Source of the DNA: Poseidonia sp.
Lineage (GTDB): Archaea; Thermoplasmatota; Poseidoniia; Poseidoniales; Poseidoniaceae
Assembly (NCBI GenBank): GCA_030827365.1
Contig: JAUREO010000004.1
Location: forward strand, 1 to 62,986
DNA length: 62,986 nucleotides
Reading direction: 5' to 3'
How positions within the stretch are numbered: the stretch's first letter is position 1; every line of letters starts with the position of its first letter. Shown here piece by piece: positions 8,380 to 17,916 of the stretch. The notes below the pieces were generated by a model. That model did not search any database. It was given only the letters and a program-made list of their open reading frames with translations, and had not been told where the DNA came from. A program made the position numbers and the translations under genes.

Positions 8380-11300
8380 ATGACTCGCTTGGAGTTGAAA
8401 TCCCGAGGAGTTTTTTTCTTCATTTTCATTTTGTTATGTTCAATACTTCCCGTTGGTCAACATGTACCCAATCTTGAAGAATTGGTTGAATTTGAAACTC
8501 AAGGTAGAGCTCAGACTGTCTGGAGTGGAACTCAAACCCTAAACTCAAACTATTACATCGGAATTGCAGATGAACTCATCATTCAATCATGCACTACGGT
8601 CTCATTTGACGGAGGCGTTCGAATTTATGTCGACGGTCGAATCACAATCGAAGGCACGACAACTTGCCCAGTCGTGTTCCAAGCCTCGTCAACCGCCACG
8701 AGTGGGCACGAGGGCATTCAATTCAATTCCACATCGTATGGAAGAGGCTCAGTCATTCAAAACCTAACAATATCGAATTCGGTCTATGGAATCACGATCT
8801 ATGGTAGCAATCCTGTTATTGCAAATCTCACCTTAAACAATCCACAACGTGTGGGTATCGATATGTTCAATTTCGCTTCGCCTCAATTGAAAAACATCAT
8901 CATCAACGAGGCTGGACAAAATGTGCCTTTCCAGAACGATTGGCGATACGGATTGGGCATTTCAGTAGGTTCAGGTTCTTCACCCATTATTGACCAAGCG
9001 ACCATCTCAAACGTTCAAACACGCGCATTGAATATTTGGGGTTCTTCTGGCGGTTTGTTTCGAAATTTGACCATCGACAACGCTACTGGTTCCAGTTGGG
9101 TTGCTGCTGCGGGCATTTGGGTTGAGGATAGTCAACCACTACTCACGGATGTTCAGATTGACAAATCAGATACTGGGATTATTATTCGTCATATCACAGA
9201 TGGCGGTTATACTCGAGCGGTGGTCAAAAATGCCATCATCTCAAACTCGATGTTTCGTGGTGTTTATGTTGACAAAAATGACCATTCAAACTACACCAAT
9301 TACGAAACTGCTGATTTTACGAATTTAACCATCATCGGCACGGGTACGAGTGGTGCGAAAACACCCGGTATTGCCTTTGCAGCCCTTGAAGTCAATGCCA
9401 CTGGGGCATGGTTTGAAAATACACTTGTGGAAAATTCAGATGCTGTAGGCGTTCGTTTGTACTTCGTAGATTCATCCACGACATTTCGAAACTTGACTAT
9501 TCGAGACTCAGGCGAATCAGGTGCTGGAGCACACGAAGCGGGCTTGTCCGTGAGTTCGACGTTCTTTGCACCACATTTCGATGGTTTGGAAATTTCTGGT
9601 TCGGTAGGCTCGGGTATTTTTGCTGCTTCTGGTGGAGCAATGCAAGGAACAAGTTGGTACTTACACAATAACACAAAGTATGGAGTTGAGTTGACCCGGT
9701 CCTCTGTCATCGTCGATGGGATGACTGTTGAGAACAACGGATTTTCAGGGGCAAGGGTCAATGATGCGAGAGCTGTTGAATTCTTTAACCTGACAAGTCA
9801 ATTTAACGGTGCACTCGGCTCCTCAGCGATTGAATCATCAGGAATTGTTTACACAAAATCAAATGATTTAGAAAGCGTTTCCGGTGACGTCCGCTGTCAA
9901 TCTTGTGTCTTTCGAAACAATGCAAGACACGAAATATACTCCGAAGATTCTGTTGATTTGTGGTTGGAACAGATATCCGTTGAGAGTTTGAACCCGAATG
10001 ACCCTGCCATGGTCTTCGACAACACGGGGCTAACGCTAAGCGTCCAACGTGGTCATTTTCACTTAAGCAACGTTGAAATTTACCAAGAAAGAAACTTTCT
10101 ATCGGGTCAACCTGCACTTTTGATTGTAGGTGCATCGGCAATCATCGATGGTTTGGAATTTAGTGGCAATCATTCTGGGCTGTTCTGGGATGGCTCGAAC
10201 AATGGAAATCTTCCATCTTCGATTTCAAATGCAAACTTCTCTGGATTTGATTGCGCAGAATTTGAAAACCATTCATATCTCTCTGGATTATATAATTCAT
10301 GGTCCAGTACTTGTTTGGGTGGTTTGTCGTTTGTGGATTCCAATGTAAACTGGTCCTATGCAACAGATTATTCCCAGACAACCCCTCTTTCCCTCGTTCG
10401 AAGCCAAGTAAGATTTCATGAATCAACTGATATTGCGTATTCCACTGCGATATACCTTGAAAATTCTTACATCGATGTTGCCCTTGACTTGATGATTTGG
10501 GTTCAGAACAACAACTCAAATGGAATTCCTTATGCTTACACGAGCACTGAATTTGACCAATTCAATGTCAATGCAACACTTTGGACAAGCGAATTAGGTA
10601 CTGTGGAGTTGAATAATTATGTATCTTCAAGGTGGTCAACATTGGGCAACTCGGGAGCGACAACAGTCACGGTGGATTGTGGATTTGATGGAGTTTCAAA
10701 TTCAACTTCACATTTATTTCAACAATCAATGATCATATATTGTATTCTACCCATTGATAATCAGCCGCCGTACTTGCGTTGGGCTTCTCCGCTTGAGGAT
10801 AGTATTTATCCTTCAAATGCTGAAGTTTTGTTTAATGCAAGCGACACATTTGATATCGATGATGATGCCTTAACCTTCGCTTGGACAAGCTCAATCGATG
10901 GTGATATTCTATCGAGTTGTACTGGTTCTTGGACATATCCAAACGGACCAGAACATGGAGTTTCATTTATTGCAAACGGAGATGATGCATTTAATTGTTC
11001 ATTATCCGATGGAATACATCTCATCACAATTGAAGTATGCGACGACATTGGACAATGCGTCAACGCATCGAGAATAATCGAACTGGTGAACACGCCTCCC
11101 ATTCTTGTCTATGAGTTTAACCCACCTCTCAATGCATGGAATGAACTTGTCATGCCCCAAACCGGAACGTTGACCATTAACACTTCAGGAACCTATGACC
11201 CCGAAGACGACCCAATTGCTTGCATGATTAGTTTTACAGGATATAATCGGCAAGGGCCAGGTTGGAGTAATTCGTGGGTTTGTCCGGAAGAACTGGGTTG

Positions 11301-13146
11301 GAATTTTGACCACGTTGACGATGACCCGCCCCCAGTCTTCCAACTTCATGTTACTGTCTGGGATATCGCTGGAAATGTCGTCGAATTCACAACCAATGTT
11401 CGCCTTTACAATGAAATACCTGAGCCGATGTTTTCTGTACAACGAAATTCAAATTTGAGTGAGAGTTTGATTACATTTGATGGTTCCCTTACCATAGATC
11501 CTGAGGGAGACGGATTGGAAATCACATATTCATCCAACCACGATGGCACTTTTGCAGTTCTCAACGATGGTACGACAAGTTGGTCAGGATATCTATCAAG
11601 AGGTGTTCATCTTATAACGATGCAAGTCCAAGATGACAGGCCAGAACATGTCAATCAATCAAGAACGACATCGCTACTTTTATCAGTAGAAAATTCACCT
11701 CCTCGGGCGGTGATTGAACCTTTTGAAATGTCATCGTACGATTCTTCAGAGTTGATATGGTTTTCATCCAATGGTTCAGGAGATTTTGATTCCGCTTGTG
11801 ATACGTTCCCAATCGATGGCCAATTCCATTGTGCTCCATTTGAGCCTGCTTCCGGTTCGGAGTTCCTTATTGTGACTTGGACCTCTGATCTCGATGGCAG
11901 GCTGACGCCAGAAGGAGAAGATTGGTTGTATTTCGATGGCCGGTTGAGCGCTGGTACGCATACAATAACATTGAGCGTTGATGATGGCATTCATGAACCA
12001 GTAACGGCTACGACACAGGTTACGATTACACCTTCAGCACCTGTCATTCGAATAAGTTCGCCTGAGAATGGTGAATGCTTTTTGTCATCTGACTCCATCT
12101 TACTCGACCTTCGAGAAAGCAGAGATTATGATGATGATGAATTCACATTTTCTTTACGCTCGAATCTGCTCACAGAACCAATTCTGCTCAATAAATCAAC
12201 TGTATCGATTCACTCAATTCAACTTGGTCATGGAACGCATGTATTGACCATACTTGCAATTGATTCAACAGGGATGGAGCGCACTGAATCTATAGAAATC
12301 ACCATCTTTGAATCCGACCCGATTGCCAAGATTGAACAGCCTACAAATCGTATGTCAATTTCACCGGGCGGTGATATCGTACTTGAGGAGGCATCCATCG
12401 ATGCGGATAATGATTTAGTTCAACGAGAATGGCGATTATGGAATTCAAGTTCGGGACAATACCAAGTTATTTCGACAAATTCGATTGATACTATAACAGG
12501 TTATGCACCTGGAGAATATCACATATCATTGTATGTTGAAGACAGTCGTGGTCGTTACGACGAACAACATGTCAACATCACCTTGCAATCCAGTGTTCCT
12601 CGTTTTGACCAAGATTCTTTGGATATCAGCAGTATGAAGTTTATCACTGGTGAAAAATCGACCATCATAGTTTCAATCATTCTTTTTGATGCCGATGGAA
12701 CAACGAAAGATGTGAGGATGAACATCACCTTTGGCATGCAAAATTGGGAGGCTCAGATGCAGCCTACGGGGGTTGACAACCGCTGGGAAGGGTCTATAGA
12801 ATGGATACCACAAAAAGAGGGTTTACCATTCTTGAAAATCATCGCAACCGATGGAGATGGGCAAAATGCTAATGTAGACATCATTTCAAGAACGCTTTCT
12901 GTAGAAGACGGTGAGGACTCATCCTTCAGAACGATTCTGGTAGCCTTAGGCTCAGGATTAATTTTGACATTCCTAATCGTCATGTTCGTCTTGAAAAGGC
13001 GAGCCAAACTTGCAGATATTGACTCAATGATCTCCTGGGAGGCATTCAGAAATCCACAACAGCAAAAAGAAGTTCCGGAGTTGGACACCGCCGAAACTGA
13101 TGAAGATGAAATCCTACCAGCGATGGTTGATTTGGACGATTTATGA
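8380..13146 (+). CDS. Cell-surface protein with right-handed parallel beta-helix repeats and PKD/Ig-like domains, C-terminal TM anchor (1588 aa)
   Basis: Signal segment; repetitive GI-x-x/NLTI beta-helix pattern in the N-terminal half; repeated PKD-like units (FNASDTFDIDDD, FDGSLTIDPEGD, GTHTITLSVDDG); TM segment ILVALGSGLILTFLIVMFVL-KRR. Confidence 0.82.
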   Translation: MTRLELKSRGVFFFIFILLCSILPVGQHVPNLEELVEFETQGRAQTVWSGTQTLNSNYYIGIADELIIQSCTTVSFDGGVRIYVDGRITIEGTTTCPVVFQASSTATSGHEGIQFNSTSYGRGSVIQNLTISNSVYGITIYGSNPVIANLTLNNPQRVGIDMFNFASPQLKNIIINEAGQNVPFQNDWRYGLGISVGSGSSPIIDQATISNVQTRALNIWGSSGGLFRNLTIDNATGSSWVAAAGIWVEDSQPLLTDVQIDKSDTGIIIRHITDGGYTRAVVKNAIISNSMFRGVYVDKNDHSNYTNYETADFTNLTIIGTGTSGAKTPGIAFAALEVNATGAWFENTLVENSDAVGVRLYFVDSSTTFRNLTIRDSGESGAGAHEAGLSVSSTFFAPHFDGLEISGSVGSGIFAASGGAMQGTSWYLHNNTKYGVELTRSSVIVDGMTVENNGFSGARVNDARAVEFFNLTSQFNGALGSSAIESSGIVYTKSNDLESVSGDVRCQSCVFRNNARHEIYSEDSVDLWLEQISVESLNPNDPAMVFDNTGLTLSVQRGHFHLSNVEIYQERNFLSGQPALLIVGASAIIDGLEFSGNHSGLFWDGSNNGNLPSSISNANFSGFDCAEFENHSYLSGLYNSWSSTCLGGLSFVDSNVNWSYATDYSQTTPLSLVRSQVRFHESTDIAYSTAIYLENSYIDVALDLMIWVQNNNSNGIPYAYTSTEFDQFNVNATLWTSELGTVELNNYVSSRWSTLGNSGATTVTVDCGFDGVSNSTSHLFQQSMIIYCILPIDNQPPYLRWASPLEDSIYPSNAEVLFNASDTFDIDDDALTFAWTSSIDGDILSSCTGSWTYPNGPEHGVSFIANGDDAFNCSLSDGIHLITIEVCDDIGQCVNASRIIELVNTPPILVYEFNPPLNAWNELVMPQTGTLTINTSGTYDPEDDPIACMISFTGYNRQGPGWSNSWVCPEELGWNFDHVDDDPPPVFQLHVTVWDIAGNVVEFTTNVRLYNEIPEPMFSVQRNSNLSESLITFDGSLTIDPEGDGLEITYSSNHDGTFAVLNDGTTSWSGYLSRGVHLITMQVQDDRPEHVNQSRTTSLLLSVENSPPRAVIEPFEMSSYDSSELIWFSSNGSGDFDSACDTFPIDGQFHCAPFEPASGSEFLIVTWTSDLDGRLTPEGEDWLYFDGRLSAGTHTITLSVDDGIHEPVTATTQVTITPSAPVIRISSPENGECFLSSDSILLDLRESRDYDDDEFTFSLRSNLLTEPILLNKSTVSIHSIQLGHGTHVLTILAIDSTGMERTESIEITIFESDPIAKIEQPTNRMSISPGGDIVLEEASIDADNDLVQREWRLWNSSSGQYQVISTNSIDTITGYAPGEYHISLYVEDSRGRYDEQHVNITLQSSVPRFDQDSLDISSMKFITGEKSTIIVSIILFDADGTTKDVRMNITFGMQNWEAQMQPTGVDNRWEGSIEWIPQKEGLPFLKIIATDGDGQNANVDIISRTLSVEDGEDSSFRTILVALGSGLILTFLIVMFVLKRRAKLADIDSMISWEAFRNPQQQKEVPELDTAETDEDEILPAMVDLDDL

Positions 13147-13148
13147 TT

Positions 13149-13919
13149 TCATTGTTCAGGCAAGTTTTTGTTCAAAGAATCAGGGTTAGAATCCCTTCCT
13201 CCCCAAGGCGTTAAGGTTCGATGAAGGCCGAGACGTTTTGCGAATAAGAATCTCAAATTTTTCCATCCATCGCCCCAAGTGTGAATCTCCGCCTCACCTA
13301 CACGGGGTCGATATGGCACGGAAATCTCAACCGCTTTTTTCCTTCCAAGATGTTTTCTTGCAAGAATTTTCATCTCTTCAGAAAGTGGCATTCCATCGTT
13401 GGTTGGTTTCATTTTTTCGTCATTGAAAATTGACTTGCGAAACACCCACATACCCGATTGAGAATCCTTGAATCCATACCCAAATAAGACCCGTGCGGTA
13501 AAAGAGAGCACCCAATTTCCAAATCCGTGAATACCAGACATTGAGCCTTCTTCTGCGAGGGTAAGTCTGTCGCATGAAATGAAATCTAAATCATCATCGA
13601 GCAAACGTTCGACGAGTTTAGGAATTAATTCTGCAGGATAGGTGCAATCAGCATCTAACGTGACAATAATGTCGTTTTTAGCTACATCAAATCCGGTTCG
13701 ATAGGCTCTTCCATACCCTTTTCTGTCTTCCAAATGAACTCGAATCCCTTTGTCAAGTGCAATTTTTCTTGTTGCATCGGATGAATTGCCATCAACGATC
13801 ATGATTTCGAGATCTTTGCACCATCCGCGAGGAATGGAATCGATGGTCATTCCAATCGCTTCTTCTTCATTTCGTGTTGGAAGAAGAACGGTCACGGACA
13901 CCGGAAGGACTGCGGCCAT
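13149..13919 (-). CDS. Glycosyltransferase family 2 (Dol-P-sugar synthase-like)
   Basis: VLLPTRNEE, IVDGNSSDAT, GYGRAY, TLDADCTY (DxD), DSQSG motifs. The ORF track uses TTG 13931; ATG 13919 is preferred. Confidence 0.93.
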   Translation of the reverse strand: MAAVLPVSVTVLLPTRNEEEAIGMTIDSIPRGWCKDLEIMIVDGNSSDATRKIALDKGIRVHLEDRKGYGRAYRTGFDVAKNDIIVTLDADCTYPAELIPKLVERLLDDDLDFISCDRLTLAEEGSMSGIHGFGNWVLSFTARVLFGYGFKDSQSGMWVFRKSIFNDEKMKPTNDGMPLSEEMKILARKHLGRKKAVEISVPYRPRVGEAEIHTWGDGWKNLRFLFAKRLGLHRTLTPWGGRDSNPDSLNKNLPEQ

Positions 13920-14002
13920 GGTTTCGTGCAATGCTTGTATTATATTGAATCAATGCAAGAAATCCACGTTCTTTTTCGGCGTTAATCCATTGGTTTGAAG
14001 GC

Positions 14003-15289
14003 GTGAACACCTTCCCATCGGATGTGCATATTGCCATCGTTGCGGGGGAATATCCACCACGTTGGGGTGGGATTGGTTCAGTAGTTTACCATTTAGCACA
14101 CCATTTTGTTGACATTGGTCATGAAGTATCAATCATTACAAGAAAACACTCCTCGGCCATTCCTACCCAAGAGGGGGTAAAGGTCATTCAAGTGCCTTGG
14201 ACACCACTTCCTATGGCATTTACTCGGTCGTATGGTAGAAATGCAAAGCGTGCCCTAGTCAAACTTCACCAAAAAAGTCCCATTGATGTCATACATGCAC
14301 ATCTTCCTCTTGTTTCATGGACCAGGAGGGAGTATCGATTTTTACAGAGCAATATTGCACCAGTCGTTTCAAGCCTTCACGGTTCGTGGCTTGGAGAACG
14401 TGAAGGTATTCGTAGGGCTGCAAAAGCAAAAGAATCTGCGATTTGGCGAAACCCAAATGACACAGCGATTTGGCTTACTGCGAAATGGTACGCAAGATAC
14501 GAGCGTGCTGGAATTTTGGAATCCGCAATGTGCGTTGCAAATTCTCAATCCACAAAAAGAGAATTTGAACATTGGTATCGTCCTGCACCCACATTTTCAT
14601 GCGAAGTCGTGCTTTGGGGCTGCGACCACTTGTTTTTCAGGCCACCGAACATAGACCATGAAGAAGAGCAACAGCGGCATGAAACGATACGTGAATTTTA
14701 CAAATGTGGTGACGAAGATGCACTTTCATATTTACCGACCACCCAAACCCCGATGCTTCTCGCTGTTGGAAGACTGGTTGCAAGGAAAGGATACATGACA
14801 CTGCTGCGGGCGATGCCCGAAATCCTTCGTGAGCACCCCCATGCTGTTCTTGTTATCGTGGGGCGAGGCCACATGAAAACCTCACTTCAAAAAGAAGCTA
14901 AAAAATTAGGAATTGAGTCGTCCATCAACATTCAAAGTTCATTATCATTTCAAGACTTAGCACAGCATTTTCGATCTGCAGACCTTGTCATTTATCCATC
15001 ATACTATGAAGGACAAGGTTTGATTCCACTCGAATCCTTGGCGAGTGGAACGCCAGTTGTCACTGTGGACCAACCACCGCTTACAGAAATGATTGATACG
15101 AGCGTTGGAGGATTATTTGAAATGGGCAATCCTGATGATTTAGCACGCATAGTTTGCTCCACATTATCGAATCATGAACGAGGGATACAGGCCCAAAAAG
15201 GACGTCAACGAATTCTTGAAAACTATACTTATGAACACAATGCTGAAGCATTTGAGAAGATCTTTGAAAAAGTAATCTCTAGTTCTTAA
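14003..15289 (+). CDS. Glycosyltransferase family 4 (GT-B fold)
   Basis: EYPPRWGGIG, DVIHAH, VGRLVARKG, PSYYEGQGLIPLESLASGTPVV motifs. Confidence 0.94.
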   Translation: MNTFPSDVHIAIVAGEYPPRWGGIGSVVYHLAHHFVDIGHEVSIITRKHSSAIPTQEGVKVIQVPWTPLPMAFTRSYGRNAKRALVKLHQKSPIDVIHAHLPLVSWTRREYRFLQSNIAPVVSSLHGSWLGEREGIRRAAKAKESAIWRNPNDTAIWLTAKWYARYERAGILESAMCVANSQSTKREFEHWYRPAPTFSCEVVLWGCDHLFFRPPNIDHEEEQQRHETIREFYKCGDEDALSYLPTTQTPMLLAVGRLVARKGYMTLLRAMPEILREHPHAVLVIVGRGHMKTSLQKEAKKLGIESSINIQSSLSFQDLAQHFRSADLVIYPSYYEGQGLIPLESLASGTPVVTVDQPPLTEMIDTSVGGLFEMGNPDDLARIVCSTLSNHERGIQAQKGRQRILENYTYEHNAEAFEKIFEKVISSS

Positions 15290-16287
15290 GAAGCGGGCTG
15301 TAAAAATCGTGCTCTTAACTTAAGATAGTGAATTCGCACCCACAACCTAAGTTTTTTTCGAAGGGATATACCTAGTCTAGTTGAGAATATATCACCGGAC
15401 CGTCGAAGAACTTCTTCAAAAATTTGAACATAGGCATCCATCATAATTTGAGGTTGGATACGCGCTCTTGGTTCAAGAAAGTCAAAGAGGTGTTGTGCTG
15501 ACTCTTGGTGGCGGCGAACGATATCTAAGTATTCGAGAATGAATGCCTTCCAATTTTGCATTTTTGCGAGTTTTGGGTTGTGTAAATCTTTTACATCGAT
15601 GTTATACTCGGCAAGCACACCTACAGGCAGATAAATTCGACCTCGCTCGAGATCCTCATTGACATCACGAAGGACATTGATGAGTTGCATTTGGATGCCA
15701 AGGTCAATAGCATGCAATCGTGCTGATCTGTCTTCATATCCATAAATTTCAATGAGCACTAAACCTACGGCTGAGGCAACTTTGTAGCAATATGCTCGAA
15801 GTTCATCCCAGGTGTTGCATTGCACATGAAAGAGGTCATCTTCCATGCCTTCGAGGATGGTTTCAAAGTCTTGAAGGCGAATTGGGTATTTCGCAAAGAC
15901 ATCCTGAATGGCGATGAATACAGGATGTGCACCTTGAGTAATTTCTTGCTTACTTGCTTTGATGAGATGTTGTCGAATAAAAACGAGAGCCATAAGCCTC
16001 GAAAAATGAGTTTGTTCATCATGGGCTGGAGCTTTACCAGCATGGATAGATCGAATGATTTGGTCTCGTTTTTTGGTATCAAGCAAAAGTTGCTCATCAG
16101 CGTGAATCGAAACTTCTTCGTCACCATCAACGATGTCGTCAACCCAACGGCAGAGCGCATATACGGCATGAACAGCTTTTCTCTTTTCGTTTTCCAAGGC
16201 TGAAAAAGAGGAGTAGAATGTAGTTGAGGCATTCCTACAGACCAATTCACAATGTGCATACGCTCGGTCAAGTTCAATTTGTTTCAT
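15286..16287 (-). CDS. crtB: Phytoene/squalene synthase family protein (CrtB-like)
   Basis: FYSSF...VYALCRWVDDIVD (first DDxxD), YCYKVASAVG, QLINVLRDVNED...GRIYLP; directly downstream of crtI. Confidence 0.9.
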   Translation of the reverse strand: MKQIELDRAYAHCELVCRNASTTFYSSFSALENEKRKAVHAVYALCRWVDDIVDGDEEVSIHADEQLLLDTKKRDQIIRSIHAGKAPAHDEQTHFSRLMALVFIRQHLIKASKQEITQGAHPVFIAIQDVFAKYPIRLQDFETILEGMEDDLFHVQCNTWDELRAYCYKVASAVGLVLIEIYGYEDRSARLHAIDLGIQMQLINVLRDVNEDLERGRIYLPVGVLAEYNIDVKDLHNPKLAKMQNWKAFILEYLDIVRRHQESAQHLFDFLEPRARIQPQIMMDAYVQIFEEVLRRSGDIFSTRLGISLRKKLRLWVRIHYLKLRARFLQPAS

Positions 16288-16296
16288 ATGTTCCCC

Positions 16297-17916
16297 TCAA
16301 CTACTTGAAGGAACTGGGTTTCCTTCCGTGTTCTTGATTTTTTGATTTGTTGCAGGGCGTGAACTCTTTTTCCTACTTTCAAACCAAGTATCGACGCCGT
16401 TCCAATCTGGTTCGATTCCCAAACTGTCGAGAATGAGTTTTGCAGAAATCCTCGCCGATTCGTAAATCACAGGTAGGCCGCTGCCGGGGTGAGTGCCTCC
16501 TCCTACCAAATACAAATTTTTGATTTCGTCAAATTCGTTCTTTGGTCTTCTCCAAAGCATTTGGTCAAGTCCATGTGCTAAATTGAACACAGCACCTCGG
16601 TAACAGTGCTCTCCCCAATCCTCAGGAGTGATGATTAACTCTGTAGCGATGTGGTCCCGAATACCTTCAAAGCCGAGTTTGTCTTCGATCTGATCGAGAA
16701 TCCTTTCTCTGAATGCGTCTTTTTCTTTGGACCAATCTATGTTTTCGTGAATGTGAGAAACGGGTACCAAGACATACACTGTAGAACATCCGTCTGGCGC
16801 GAGTTGTGGGTCTGTTACACATGCGTTTTGAACATACACCGAGGGGTCATCCCACGTGAGTCTGTGATGCTTTTCGATGTCTTCCAAATTGTTGACATAA
16901 TCCTTTGAGGCATAGATTTGGTGATGAGGCAAATGATTGAATGATTTGTTGACCCCGATATACATCATAAAAGTCGAGCAGGAATACTTTTTGTGGTCAA
17001 TTTTCTTGTTCGACCATTTCTTACGAACTGAATCGGGGAATAGACTTGTCATGCCTTGTGCAAAGTCAGCGTTCATCACAACTTTATCAGCGTAAAATCC
17101 ACCATTTTGAGTTCGGAGTCCAAGGATTTTTTTGCCGTCCATGATGACGCCTTCGACAGATTCACCCATGCGGAATGTTACGCCGAGTTCAGTTGCAATT
17201 TCTGCCATTCTTTTTGAAACGCTTCCCAGACCACCGAGAGGATGGAAAATTCCGTATTCGTATTCCAAAAAGGCAAGCATGGTGAAGAGACTTGGACAGT
17301 TAAATGGAGACATGCCCAAGTACTTGGTTTGAAATGACATGGCGAGCATAAGCCTGTCATCATCGAATAATTTCATCAAATCTTTTGCTACTGTTCGCTG
17401 AGGACGGAGAACCTTAGCAACCCGAAGTGCTCTCTTCGAGACCAAATCTGAAGGGCCATACCATGGTTCTTGTAAGCAAGCACGAGATTTATCGAGTTTT
17501 GAGCGGTTGTCAAGAACGTACCGTTCAAACGCTTTTGCATTCTTTTCTCCCGAAAGGTCAGCGATGCGTGAACGCATTTCATCCAAATCACTTGTGCAAT
17601 CCAGTGAACCACCTTGACCGAAGATGAGACGATAATTCATCTCAAGTTTGTGAAGTTTCAATTCTTCGTGTGCATCAAGTCCTACAGCCTTGAAAATATC
17701 TTCAATGACTTCGGGAAAGTGAAAAAATGTTGGCCCCAAATCAAACTTGAAGCCATCTTTTTCGAACACCTTGTTTCTGCCACCGACGCTTTTTGCCCGT
17801 TCAAAAACCGTAACATCAACACCGGCTTTTGCGAGCAATAATGATGCTGCAAGACCACCTGGACCAGCACCGATGATAGCAACTGAAGGTTTTTTGTTGG
17901 TGGACATAAGCATCAC
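16297..17916 (-). CDS. crtI: Phytoene desaturase family protein (CrtI/CrtN)
   Basis: FAD-binding IIGAGPGGL...GGRN, FDLGPT, YSCSTFMMYIG, C-terminal NLYLVGGGTHPGSGLPVIYESA. Confidence 0.93.
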   Translation of the reverse strand: MMLMSTNKKPSVAIIGAGPGGLAASLLLAKAGVDVTVFERAKSVGGRNKVFEKDGFKFDLGPTFFHFPEVIEDIFKAVGLDAHEELKLHKLEMNYRLIFGQGGSLDCTSDLDEMRSRIADLSGEKNAKAFERYVLDNRSKLDKSRACLQEPWYGPSDLVSKRALRVAKVLRPQRTVAKDLMKLFDDDRLMLAMSFQTKYLGMSPFNCPSLFTMLAFLEYEYGIFHPLGGLGSVSKRMAEIATELGVTFRMGESVEGVIMDGKKILGLRTQNGGFYADKVVMNADFAQGMTSLFPDSVRKKWSNKKIDHKKYSCSTFMMYIGVNKSFNHLPHHQIYASKDYVNNLEDIEKHHRLTWDDPSVYVQNACVTDPQLAPDGCSTVYVLVPVSHIHENIDWSKEKDAFRERILDQIEDKLGFEGIRDHIATELIITPEDWGEHCYRGAVFNLAHGLDQMLWRRPKNEFDEIKNLYLVGGGTHPGSGLPVIYESARISAKLILDSLGIEPDWNGVDTWFESRKKSSRPATNQKIKNTEGNPVPSSS

